A stretch of DNA of 61,203 bases from Cyanophora paradoxa CCMP329 (taxonomy: Eukaryota > Plantae > Glaucophyta), in NCBI GenBank assembly GCA_004431415.1, contig QPMI01000592.1:1-61203 (forward strand), in the 5' to 3' direction. Every line of letters starts with the position of its first letter. Within the stretch, counting starts at the first letter, position 1. Made by a program: the position numbers and the translations under genes. Below are positions 23,845 through 36,095 of this stretch, in pieces. Below the pieces are notes generated by a model. The model saw only the letters and a list, made by a program, of their open reading frames with translations. It was not told where the DNA came from and searched no databases.

Positions 23845-26800
23845 CTACGGTATCAATGCAGAGTAATGGTGGTTCTGTATAGAAAGTAGAGAACCGTCGC
23901 AGTGAAAGATCCCGTGGTAGAGTAGACACAAGGGACGGTGATAACGGATGAGAGGAGGGACGTGAAAAGTTCCATCAATCCCTGTGTGTATATACGGGAA
24001 ACGTCGGGAGGCACTCCTATCTTCAAAAAAAATCATGATAGGTCTACACAAGTAGGCCGAACAGAAGGCGACTTCCAGATTTGTAGCTGCACGGGCGTTA
24101 TAATGACATGAGTAGTTTCTGGTTAGTAGGCAGCACACACCGTCTGTACCGGGCTCTCGCATGCGGTTGCAGTATGCGGTAATGATATTCGCACCTTGAT
24201 TGAGACCTTGCGCGCCGTTTGGAGCGACTGGGGCGTCGGGAATTGCAGCGGAGTATAATAGGGGGTAGAAAGGATGGAGAGGACTAGTTGACATCATCAG
24301 GTCAACAACACCTGCCCGTAGTGTATCCGCAAAGAAACATTTCTCTGATTTCCGCTGTAAGACAGGGAAGGTCCCTTCAGCAGATAACCCGTCGATGATG
24401 GATAGGAACATGCAGCGGCCTGCACCAGAATTGCTGCGAATTTCGACGTATTGGAATGGAGCTCTAGATATAAATGAAAGGTCTAGATAATTACTGACCT
24501 GACAGGAACAAGGTAAGGGGACACTACGTTTGGAGGCAGCGTCCCTTGCGTTACCATGGCAGATATGCGCTCTGCCATAATATGAACCACAGAAGATTGG
24601 ATATGAGTTGAGGAAGGTGCAGCAGGGACAACAACAGTGTTGGTAGAGTGGAAGACAGCATGAACGGGAGGTGCGGGACCACTAGAAGCTGCATGTGCAA
24701 AAACCGAGTCCAGACGGCGAGGAAGGAGATCATGCGACAAGAAGGGGACGGTGCAGGGTGTAGATGGCGAAAGTAATGGACCCAGGGGACGGACAGGGGC
24801 ACTAGAGGAAGAAACCGGATGAGAAGTGTGGATAACTGACGTAATCGCAGTTCCAGCTACGTTGGCCCGTTTCGGACAGGATGAGGTGACCGAATCGTTT
24901 AATTTGCGTTTCGGTGTCACAGGGGTTGGTTGTGAACTTGAAGCAGGGGCGTTTGTAGAACCCTGTTTCTTCGGGGTACCAACTTGTTTTGATGATCCGG
25001 AATTTGCAGCTTTGAGGCGATAGTATTCCATGACTGACGGCGGCTTGGCAACTGGCATAATTGAAGTTCCCCACAATGCGCGGCGATCTGACGTTGGTAG
25101 GCCGATTGAAGACGACAGAGTCCGAAGGCGTTCCTGTTCCCGAATATCGCAAGGGTTCGGAGCAAAGTAAAGCCATCGATCGCAAGTTGTGTTCGAATCT
25201 ATGATGGCATCGACATCCGATACATCAGACTCGCCGCTGCTCGAACATATGGTCGCCAATGGTACAGGTACCCGCTTGGATTGGCGTCCAGGTTTTCGTG
25301 ACTTGGGGTCGCGTAGGACATGGGTGAATATGATATCCGCTGAAGATCGAACGCGACTACAGGCTACATACGCCATGTTATACGAGAATGCACGTGCAAG
25401 GTCAACCACGATCTTGGGCAAGGTCAGGCCTTGGCATTTATGGATAGTAACAGCCCATGCTAGTCGAAATGGGAACTGTGTACGCGATGGCGTAGGGCTT
25501 GTGGTCTTGGCCTCACTCGTCAGGGCGGGCTGGGTTTCATGTTCCGGCTGGTCTGAATTTGGCGTTTCCTTTGCATGTACAACAGGCTCATTCGAAAGAT
25601 CGCGTTCGGAAGGCTCGATTCGTACAGCCTGGTAGTCGACACCTGCAAGCGAAACTTGGACGCGTCCTCGTTTGCGACCGACCTTGTCATCGTCGAATGC
25701 GATGTACAGTGCGACGGGTGCATTCTTGTCCAAGATTCGGACCGTTGAGGACGACAGTGGAACTGGACCATCGAACTCCCAACCAACCAAGGTTCCGAGG
25801 GCTCCATTAACCAGCCCGTCGTGTGTATCTTCATTGATGATCATCATTACACGTGAGCCGAGACAAAAAGTGAACTTGGCTGCCAACAGATCACTCTGTT
25901 TATTCTGCAAACTCCAGACTGAGACAAGAAAAAAGATATATAGATCGAACATGGAACAAGCCACGCACGTCAACAGGATCAGCTGGCTTACATGTTTTCG
26001 CCTTCTTGTCGTATTCACCCTCATCGAAAGCCTCCAACGTGATGATCGGTGCTAGGTACCGATGTGATGTTGCGAACAGGCGAGTCTGATTGTAGGAAGC
26101 AACTTCCCTGTTACAAGGGAACACACGCAATGCATTCTGCCAAGCAGGAGAAGACAGCTCAAGCTCCAACTGCGCATACCCTCGGCGATTTTCCTGAGGG
26201 TCAACGGACCTAAAGGCCCACGGTATTTCAGCACGCTTCAAACTCCTACTTGAATGACGCAGACAATATGTAGTCACACCTGGACAGCACGAGACGTTTA
26301 TCATTATCGTGGAATTCACCGACACGCAGTCGCAGACAGGTGTCACGCCACATCGTATCACCAGCTTGCCGGACCACTTCGTCGAGAAAAATGGGATGAA
26401 ATAATGAAAGCCATAGATGGATATCGTCGATACGGTCGGCATCTTGCTTGAACGTACGCCACATAAGAGGCGACAAAGGACTGTAAATCCGCTTCTCCCG
26501 GACAGGAGGTAGCTGAAAGAAATCCCCGAAACAGATTACGGATTTTCCAGCAAAAGGAGCATCGATCTGAAAGATCTCCTGCAGACGCTGATTGACACGC
26601 GGGAAATTCTTGCCACCTATGAAGCTGATCTCGTCGATGATGATAAGTTCGACGTCCCGGAACTTTGCATTCAATTGGCAGGCTCGTTGTCCAGACAGAG
26701 GGTAAAACGTGTCCTTTGCGCCGTCTTTAGGAGGGGCACCGAATGCCAGAAGAGTAGAGACGGTGCTACCTCCAATGTTAAACGATGCAACACCAGTCCA

Positions 26801-29800
26801 GGACATGAGCAGAACCCCTCCGTTGCCACACGGTTGGGCCATGTTGGCATGATCCCGGCTCCATTGCATCATATATTTTACAATCGTCTTGATTAGGAAA
26901 GACTTCCCTGTACCGCCTGGTCCGACACACGCCACATGTAAGGGTAGTTTGGGAGAGATGGCAGGGAGTTCCACTTGTCGGCAAGCTGGCATCCCGGCAT
27001 TCGCAGCTAGCTTTGCATTGTAACTATGCAACCGGAACCAATCAGGTCATTATAATAAAAATAACGAAAGCCAGCACACTCGGATTGAGAGGTGTAGTGT
27101 TTTTCGAGCCGACTAGTCATTTGACGGACGGCAACCATCAGCTCCCGTTGTCGGGGCTTCAATTTCGTTTCCATGTCTGGCAGGCTCATTGAATCAAGAT
27201 CATGCAAATCGACACTTGAATTCGACGTAGCCGGGACGGGTGGCTGAATCGAACTAGGTGGCTCAGAGTTGGCCGCCTCTGGTTCCGAAGGGATAGCAGC
27301 CGGTGCAATGTTTGGTCCACCACCTTGCGCTCCCGCAGGAGGAACGGAGTCATGAGGGAGCATTTCGGCATCGACCCCCTGGACTCCTTCGGGTGCACGG
27401 GGTCGCACATGGGACGTGGATGATGCTGTGCCAGTGGTCGAGCGATTATCATGGTGCAAATCTCTCCCAGCAGCCAATCGCGCATCCCTGTCGAATTTTT
27501 GGAGAGATCGTTCGAGACGTGCAGCCATATGACAGTGAGTAAACTGTATGTTGTACTCTATAGTTGCACGGTGACGGATGACGGCGGCGGATATAACTTC
27601 TGGAGTAACGTCATCCTCAGACTCGACCCCCAGCAGATCGCGCAGTTCGTTCCGGAAAGGGACATGCATAAAAAGAAGACTGTACAAGCTGTCCGGATCG
27701 CCATCCTTCGGAACCCGAACCCGAATTGCGCGCGGTCGACGACGCTGTTGCAGCACGTGCCGATGGAAAGGTTTGCCCATCGAGGTCCGTGGACACACGC
27801 TGGTAACGGAAATTTATGATTACCAGTTGTGTGAAATGCAAGGATCCGATTAAAAACAAATATACCCGGAGGCAGCAATTTTGGGTCGAAGTGGTGCTGT
27901 TGTCTGCGGATGTTGTTTCCGGATAGCCTCATTCGACCATGCCGGATTCGGCTCCCAATCATTCAAATTAGTGCCATTGTCCATTCCATCGCAATCCACA
28001 TCCTCGCTTGTGAGATTCGAATCAGGGCCGGCGCCCTTTGGGGCATCACCAAGGAAATGTATGTTGAACCAATTCATGTACTGCATGAATGTCAACGATT
28101 CGAATATAGGTGGCGCATCTAATACATCCATCAGTTCGAACGGTCGTAAAAAAACCACCCCGAAAGCATGCACGTACCAGCAGGGTCTTTGGTGCGAGCC
28201 ATATAATAATCGATCTGATCGTCGGCCCATGCATCTTGATCTTCAGGATTCTTCTGCATCCTGAATTCAAGATCTTTTTTACGACGCAGATGTTTGGTGC
28301 GCTTCGACGGAAGATAAGCCCCCACTGAGCATGATGTCCTTGATGAATAAAATAAAGGGAGACCTGCCAACAGAAAATGCATATTCAGGTAAATCAAAGT
28401 GGAATGATACAATTCAATTAATTCGAAGCCAAGGAAGTATAGGGTACAGACCCAGGCAATATAATCCTGCTTCCTGTTTCGACATTGTCCGACACCCGAG
28501 CATAGCATTACGCATCTATATGAGGGGTCCCGACAGTCAGCGTCATGTGTAGCAAGGAATCCAGGCACGCGATGCAGCATGCCTTCAGAAGGATCTGATT
28601 AGTCGACGCCTCATCCGGCAAGTCGCTCAATACGGCCTCCACAGCTTTCATCTCCTCCGTCTCATCCTTAGTCATATAGCCGAGAATATACGCGGCTATC
28701 TTGTAAGGGTTCGTCACTACTTGAATATCCATATTGGCCTGCCAGAGCTGGATGATGACGTCGTGAAAGTTATTCGTGTAACGATCGTCCTGCGTTGTTC
28801 GCCGGAAGATCACCTCCTTGTCACCACGGCACATAAATCGCTCTTCATGCGAACTCCGCAGATGAGTCTTAGAAGCAAACACCTGGGGAAATCCGAAGCG
28901 ACATTTACAGCGCTCCTTGTATTCCGCCATGAACTTCGCAATGCGGGCAGAACGGGCGACGTGCTCAGAAGGTGCTGCTTTTTCCATAGCGGCCAACTGG
29001 TCGTCGAGGACGCTATTGCGGGCCGAATCCGGAAGGGGGTCATGTAGTTCCGCACTGTCATCTACCGTAGGCAATTTCCGATGACGTCGAAACTTAAAGG
29101 AAGCAGCAGGATCGATCCTGCAAGTATGAGAGTGTTTATGTCGATTGAAACGGGCAACGTAATTCTGTAAACGAGGTGTTGCCCATGGTTGAGCGAAAGG
29201 CCCTTCCGTTCGAGGTTGCTGAAGTTGAATCGTCGGTTCGCGTACACATGAACGGGGGCAGAGTAAAAAATGAGGAAATCGAATGACTCACCTCGGTTTT
29301 GACGACTGTATCAAGCCACTCACAAACTTGCTCGGCATTGAACGTGGGATCCGAAGGGTCCAAGTTCGGTGGCGGTGTTGTCACACCATCTCGGATGCGC
29401 TCACCCAACCAGATTACCAAATGAGCATGCAGCGATCCACGACTCTGTACCTCATACCTTCGATTACATTATTGGCGAGAATTAAGTACGGTATGAACCT
29501 AACCGCGAACCGGACAAAGAAATCAACCACCGGCCAACCAAATAAGACCTCCCCCGCCTCCGATTGGAAGAGATCAAGCATGGCACGGACACGCTCGTCG
29601 AAATGTTCAGCCACGATTCCAGGGTTATCGTTCAGCAATTTAACAACCTCGTCACGATTCGCAGTGAACGCCGTTACATCTGCACTGGACCGGAAACGAA
29701 TAGGATCGATTGCACGCAATAAGTCCGGCCAATGAAGGTCGTCGCTGGAGAGAGTCATGTAGATATGAGGAAATCCAATCGTAGTGAACATGCTGTGTAA

Positions 29801-32106
29801 TTTATTTCTCGCGTTGATCCAATACGCGGCTGTACCGCGCACCTAATTGAACACCACTTTGGTCAGCACAGCAGAGGCAGTAATATATACAAGGGCAAAG
29901 ACGTGAACGTGCGTTACGTGTCATTGTACGGTAGCACCGCGTACGAATGGCCAAAGCGTCGAGGGAATGGTCTTCCACAGTACTGTTTATTAAATTTAAT
30001 GCGTCGGCAACAGTCAAGGGGCATTGGAAGCGACATTGTGGGTGTCACGATTATCGGTTGACATAGCATTGACTATATGATCCCGCACAAAATTGAATCC
30101 ACGCCATGCATCATCATCCAATATAATTGACACGGAATTCAGAAGAGCAGCAGGATCTCGCTGGAAGGGAGCAGATGATGCTGCAAGGCATCGGTGTGAA
30201 AAAATTCACGGGCCGTGAGTTCGATTGGCCTGGCGGGATCATGCAGGCCGTGCGTGCCTGAAGTAACTAACTTAATCTCGGGCGGCACGGTTTCAAATAG
30301 CAAATAGCTTACCTGTAGGATAAACTGACAAGAAGGAGCAGACGTCTGTTTCGGGCGCATGCGCACGGATAATACGGCCGGCGTTTACAGGGAGAGTGCT
30401 AAGCGAAGTTCCTTTCAGATTCACGGCGACAGAAGGGCAGATCGGACGGTTCAGAGGCGAGGAGTCAGAGACTCCGTCATCCGAATCATCACTATCCGAA
30501 TCATCGGCCTCGCGTGGGTTAACGACATTGTCAGTAGTTCCAGCATTCCATTTCTCAATTTCGGCCAGTAGCTCGGGATCGGTTGGATCACGCAATAGAA
30601 TATTCTGATAATACAGGTGCTTGGTGGTATTCCGCAGGCATTCGAGAACTTCGAAGCAGCGATCCAGCCTAACGCGGTTGTACCAAGTCTCTCCACCTTT
30701 CGGCTTTCGTTGATTCACCAAGCAAACCTTCCCTCTTGGTGGAAGTGGGAAAATTGCTTTGATATTGTTGATGGGGTTGCAGGGTACAAAAATCACTCGT
30801 CCTTGAGAACCTAGTTGCCCTCCACCCATCCTGCGACCATTCTGCCCTTTTGGTCCTCGAACATGAATTAACTGAGATAGCATACGAAATTACATGACGG
30901 TAAATGAGAGTGACAAATAGATATCACCTGATAGTTATTAACCCGCTGACACATCAGCAATTCCGGTACGTTAAATCAGACAAAAGACGTCGCGTACTTT
31001 CATCGACCTCCACACAGTGCAGACGATTCTGGACAAAATCTGCTTTAGCCGGGTGTGTCGATAAGTATCCAATAACACATACCAAGCGCGAGAAGGGGCA
31101 GAAAGGTCGTTCCGGAGTGCATTGAAAAGCATGGCACCGGGTACAAAATTCGACACTTGCCTGATCAACGGGTATTCCATGCAGACGCAATACTGAACAC
31201 GGTTGACAGCACACATCTGTAAGTACACACTGACAACTCGATTCATGATGTCGTAGCGGTGAAGCATTCCCAGAAGACACACATTGGCAGCGAATGACAT
31301 GCAATTTATCTGACCGCCTTGACTCTGTGCAGCAGCTACACAGTCGCCGGATGCAGTATAGCTTGAGAAAAAATAACCTGGCAGCATCCTTTAATGCTTG
31401 GTTTGAAATCTCGTTCCAGAACTGAATCGGTTCATAGCTGATGCAAGCATATGCATGAGAAGTAGACGTGCGTACACGGAAACGCAAACTTACTCGGACA
31501 ATAAGGTGGCGAAATCCGTGTGAAGTTCCAAGAGACGTTCAGTCTTGTTGCGCCTGCTACGACTTGCACTCTTCGCGTGTTCCGAGGGTCTGAGAGGATT
31601 CGACGCATGGCGAGCTGCAGGAAAAATAAAACAGAGATAAACGGACATGAAAAGAAAATTCAAATGTCACCCCGCACGTACCCGAATCATAATCACGCAA
31701 TAATTGCCTGTCAGAGTCAGGGAGCGCATTTCTCAGGCGACCACGGTACGAATTCTCTGAAAAAGCGCCCGTCATGCCAGTTCACTAAGGGTTGCAAGTT
31801 CTAATAAACACTCACTTGTTTGTCTGCTAGGCTGGGTCGATCGGTGAGCTATAGACCGATGGGCCTCCCAACAAGGACGATCAGCGAGTACGGTGCCACA
31901 CAGACCACATGGAAATTTGTCGTCCAGTGTAATATCGTGGGCACCAGCCAAGTGGTATCGCCATTCATTCTCGGTCCGAAATGCAGCCCTGCATGAGGCG
32001 GCACCGACACAACGGTACGCAAACTATAAAAAAGATGCACGCAAATTAGCGAGAGGCAAACGGTCCGAAACAAAAATACCACTTGCATGTTGAGCTGGGG
32101 TTGCAT
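23845..32106 (-). CDS. Helitron-type RepHel transposase: 2x C2H2 - DUF6570-like - HUH/Y2 Rep - PIF1 helicase - OTU protease; many short introns
   Basis: C2H2 fingers YRCVGAASCRAAF...YHLAGAH and FPCGLCG...AHRSIAH (about 32015-31843); GQLGSQGRVIFVP; RGTAAYW...GFPHIYMTLSSDDLHWPDL; HUH motif EVQSRGSLHAHLVIW (about 29453-29409); CRFGFP; NMDIQ...AAYILGYMTK; PIF1 motifs GPGGTGKS, IIIDEIS, GDFFQLPPV, VVRQ, GLVNG, RTQFPFRLAWAVTIHKCQGLTL, AYVACSR; OTU GAGRCMF...HHYSAL. Start approximate. Confidence 0.95.
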
Positions 32107-32798
32107 GCACGAATCGATGGAGAAGAGGCGGAGTTGATAAAGAAGACTGCGACAGATGGCACGGTCTAGGTGCAATTTTAGGAAAACGTTGCACCTAACA
32201 TGGCAGCGACGTTACACCGGAATATAATACCCATATTATTCAGCACGCACAATTTCGAGAAAACGTGAGGGCGTGAATGATGAAGAACCCGGTAGAGGGT
32301 TATAGGCAAATTGCACATCGGGCGGTGCAGCCCCCGCCATGAATATATTGACTCGTTCAACCTGCGTCGACAAATGTAAGAACATTCCACGTCTCCACGC
32401 AACAGCACATATTCGGCAGCAGCGCGCAGAGGGCCTCCGAGATCTTGACACGATACGCACGGGCCAAATTCGAGGACGCGCCCCCGGCCGCGAGAAGCCC
32501 TTGCGTCTAAAGCCTGCAACGCGTACGCTCTCGGCGCCCTGCCTCGGCAGGAAGGGACGTACAGCGGCGCACGCGACGGGAGCACCAGGGCGACGTGCGG
32601 CCGTCAAGGACACACCGCCGGCCGAAAGTCCACGATGGTCCACGTGTACCAGGGTAGCTGAGCACGCTAGACGCCAACTGGGGATGCAGTTCCTAAAGAA
32701 GATGCTAGGCGGCAAGACTAACCGTACTAATTCAACGACCACCCACAGGGTATCGCATAAAAAACACAGTAGTTGGAAGCAGCACCAGCTATATTAAG

Positions 32799-33362
32799 AT
32801 GTCTAGCGGGAAGACGATCGCCATATCCAAGGACCTTGTCGCAAACGCGACGCAATACGCACAGAGAGCATACGATAGCGTATTACGGGATGTTAGACAG
32901 GATGCCGTTGCCAATCTCGGAGACTTCCCCTCGGAATGCAGGGCCGACCTCGTAGAGCTGGAATACACAGCATTGCAGTTAACCGGCAAGCGGCTGATCA
33001 CGAATCGACAGTTCAATCGACTCGTATGGGCGGCGGAGGTGTACGCGCAGTTCGCCGAAGTTGACCGGTGTCTGCAAGCAGAAGCTATGGAGATTAAGCG
33101 TGACAACGAGCCTAGTCAGTTCTGCGGCGTATTAAGCGTCTCCCCCTTTTCAGCCGGGACACGATGGCGAGTGCTAGCTTTGAAACGGAAGTGGAATTGG
33201 AAACTGAAGGCGACTGACGAGAAACACGTGGAAGCAGCGGCAGCTCAAGATCGGGACATCGAAGATCTGGAAATATACGCAACAGTATCAGAGGCAATCG
33301 CTGCAGTGGAGACTAGGATCGCAGATATTGAACGCGGAGGGCAACGAGCAGCGGGACTGTAA
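32799..33362 (+). CDS. Hypothetical helical protein, head-to-head with RepHel
   Basis: 187-aa ATG ORF preceded by TATATTAA, with protein-like composition and a coiled-coil-like C-terminus. Confidence 0.55.
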   Translation: MSSGKTIAISKDLVANATQYAQRAYDSVLRDVRQDAVANLGDFPSECRADLVELEYTALQLTGKRLITNRQFNRLVWAAEVYAQFAEVDRCLQAEAMEIKRDNEPSQFCGVLSVSPFSAGTRWRVLALKRKWNWKLKATDEKHVEAAAAQDRDIEDLEIYATVSEAIAAVETRIADIERGGQRAAGL

Positions 33363-33912
33363 TAAGGCTGGTGGGTTGGTAAGCATGAATTATCTGTACA
33401 TGAACACAATAACGTATGCGTGGATTTGAACTGAAACATGCAATCGGATGCAGTGAGGAGTGTTTGGAGGTCCGGAGAAAGAAGAAGAGCGCGTGGGGAA
33501 AATGCAGCAAGCATGCAATTACACGGGACCAAACCTCCAAGATTGACAGTACAAATTGTAGGCAGTAACTACCAGTTGTTCAGCAGGAATTAATATACAT
33601 CATTCTAAGATGATATCCAACTCTAACTGGTGAACTTGCAAGGCAGATTCCAGAGCCTGGCAGATGCAAGGCAGTGGCATGGCAGCAGACGAACATGAGA
33701 GATGCCACAGTGCAGGTTCCGCAAGCCAGAAGCAGGTATATATACGGAAGGAACGAAGGGCGGGGGGCCAACTGGATGCATATGCGGGTTGGATAGAGGC
33801 AGGGAGAATTAGGGAAGCTGAAGGAAAATGCGATGTAAGATGTAAGAAACGCGTGTGTAAGAAACACTCATCGACAAAATTGGGCGAACCTGGAGCGATC
33901 AGTCGTCAAGTA

Positions 33913-36095
33913 CTATTTCGTCGACGACCTCGAAAGGGTGGTAGCCGGCTCGTGACCGAGACATCTCTTCGACGAGGACGGTAATACGAAGCGCGAGCCG
34001 GGCGGATCGATCGAGGATGGCAGCGAGAGTCTCAGAGGCGCCCATGGCTGCCGCGTGCACCGCCTTGACCGAATCCTCATCGGCCCACTGGATGATGTGA
34101 GAGGCACGGTTGCAGATGCTGGTGACCGACCGGAGCCCCTGCTGTATGTCGCCACAAGGCCGCTGCGCTGAGACCGAGCAGCGAGAAATGCCTGGAAGTG
34201 GCCGGCCACCGCGCGCGTCACAGTGACAACTCCAGCGACCGATGGCGTGTCGTAGAAGACCTCGGCGAGACTGTTGGACGCACCGAACGCTGCAGCAGCT
34301 GCAGAAGCTGCATACAGTGGAATACGGCGGGAGGACAAGAGGAGGCCACCGACAAGCCCGAGAGCGGCAAGCGAGGGCAGTTGCGGGCGACTTGTGCTAT
34401 AGAGCTGACCAGAATGCCGTGCACTTCAGGCGCGGGGCCGCTATAGGAATCACGAGGCGCTCGAGGGTGTCCGATGAGAGGCGCATAGCAAAGTCCGATA
34501 CGAGACGCGTATTGTACTTGTGATCGAAGATGCGATGAGCAGAAAGGTCGAGGGATACAAGATATTTGAGATTGTGGATGAGGTCGGCGACGTGGATGAG
34601 TTTCTCGGCAGCACGGGGCTGCGCAGAACCTCGAGGGACCACGGTAGGTAGTTAACATCTATGCACCCGCCGGGTACTGACGGGATCGAGTTCTCAAAGT
34701 GAGTAATGTGATTCTGCAGATGGTCGTCCATCCACTCAAAATCAAACAGACTGCGGAGATTGACACGCATGGTTGACGGGGCCGCCACTGCCGGCGACGG
34801 CACCACGTGCGTGCGCGAAGCCCATGACTCGTAATCACCAAAGATGTCGAAGCTGACCATCGGAGAGTCGCACTCAAATGTGATCTCGACGGGCGCTCGC
34901 AACAACGGAGGTATGAAGTACAGCCCCTCGTGTGCATGACCCACGGGAAGGGACCCTCGGACGATAACCGACCGAGCATCGAGCCGCGACTCGACGAAGT
35001 GACAGCTGTTGGTTGCGCACTGGTACGCAATGGCGCCCGTAGATATCTCGAGCCGGTCAAGGAAGAACGGACCAAGGGACCAGCCTCCGAATCTGCGACG
35101 AGTGCATGTGATTAAAATGCAGGATCACTTGTAAAAGTAGAACAGGAGTAAATTTCGCTGTTGCTTCAAAGATACCAGCGATGAGACGGCGAACCTATCA
35201 ACATAGCAGGAGCGGGGGCAGTGGTGCCAGGCAGCGGCAAAGGCTTGAAATGCAGAGCGTCCAGGCCTTCGAGCTCATTGGATGCCAGATCATCAAAGAC
35301 GAGCACCTTGGCCGACGTGTTCTTGGCGACGACGTACCATTTGCCGTGCACGGGGCGCGCGTTCCCCGGGTGGGCGGCGCTAGTGGACAGGGCGAGTGAC
35401 CACTGATCTGCCGGGATGGCTGCTGGCCCATCGAAATCGGAAGGCCGAAAAGATTCGTTGACGATAACGTCCAAGAACTTCGCGATGTACGGATGCCGAC
35501 GGGGCGGGACGTCGAAGATGCGCGATACGACGCGGAGTAGGCTGCTCTTGCCAGAGAGGAGGTGGTGGACCCAGCGACCGAGGAAGGCAAGAATAGGCGC
35601 GGTGTGCTGTTCACTAGAAAGGGGCTCCGCAGGGTTGACGTAGCCGACGTCGCGGAGCGCCGCGTCGAGGTCGAGAACGACGCCGCGCTTCCCGTGATAA
35701 GGGACCACGGACGACGACGACATGAAAATACTGCGGGCCCGCCGATGCGTGTGTGCGAACGCCACAGCCGAACGGGGGTCTGATCCGAGGTGACGCATGA
35801 TTTCGGCCATCACCAGGTCTGGGAGCCCGTCCAGAGGAGAGAACCTGGAACGGATAGTGGTCGTGTGATAATCAGTCCGTACGCGCTCAGCGGCCGGAGG
35901 TGGTCGGGTGCGGGCGCTGGAGGCATAGGGTGGGGTAGAAGCAAAGAGTGCAGTCTGGAAGCGTGGGGCCTGGGCTTGAGGGTGACGGGGAGTTGAAGGG
36001 GGCGGCCGGGACGAGGAGCTGGAGGGCAGCAAGGGAAGGGGTCTGGGTGCGGCAGAGCAGGTTGATGGAAGACTCGGCCCGGGCGGGGCGAGCAA
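33913..36095 (-). CDS. F-box/LRR-like protein, copy A (frameshifted)
   Basis: SPLDGLPDLVMAEIMRHLGSDPRSAVAFAHTHRRARSI is F-box-like; downstream SLEVLRSP, YLVSLDLS and TLERLVIP repeats. Paralogous to 38998-41214. Confidence 0.65.

Noticed and set aside
25189-25635. Plus-strand 148-aa ORF
   Set aside because: Antisense shadow of the PIF1 exon.
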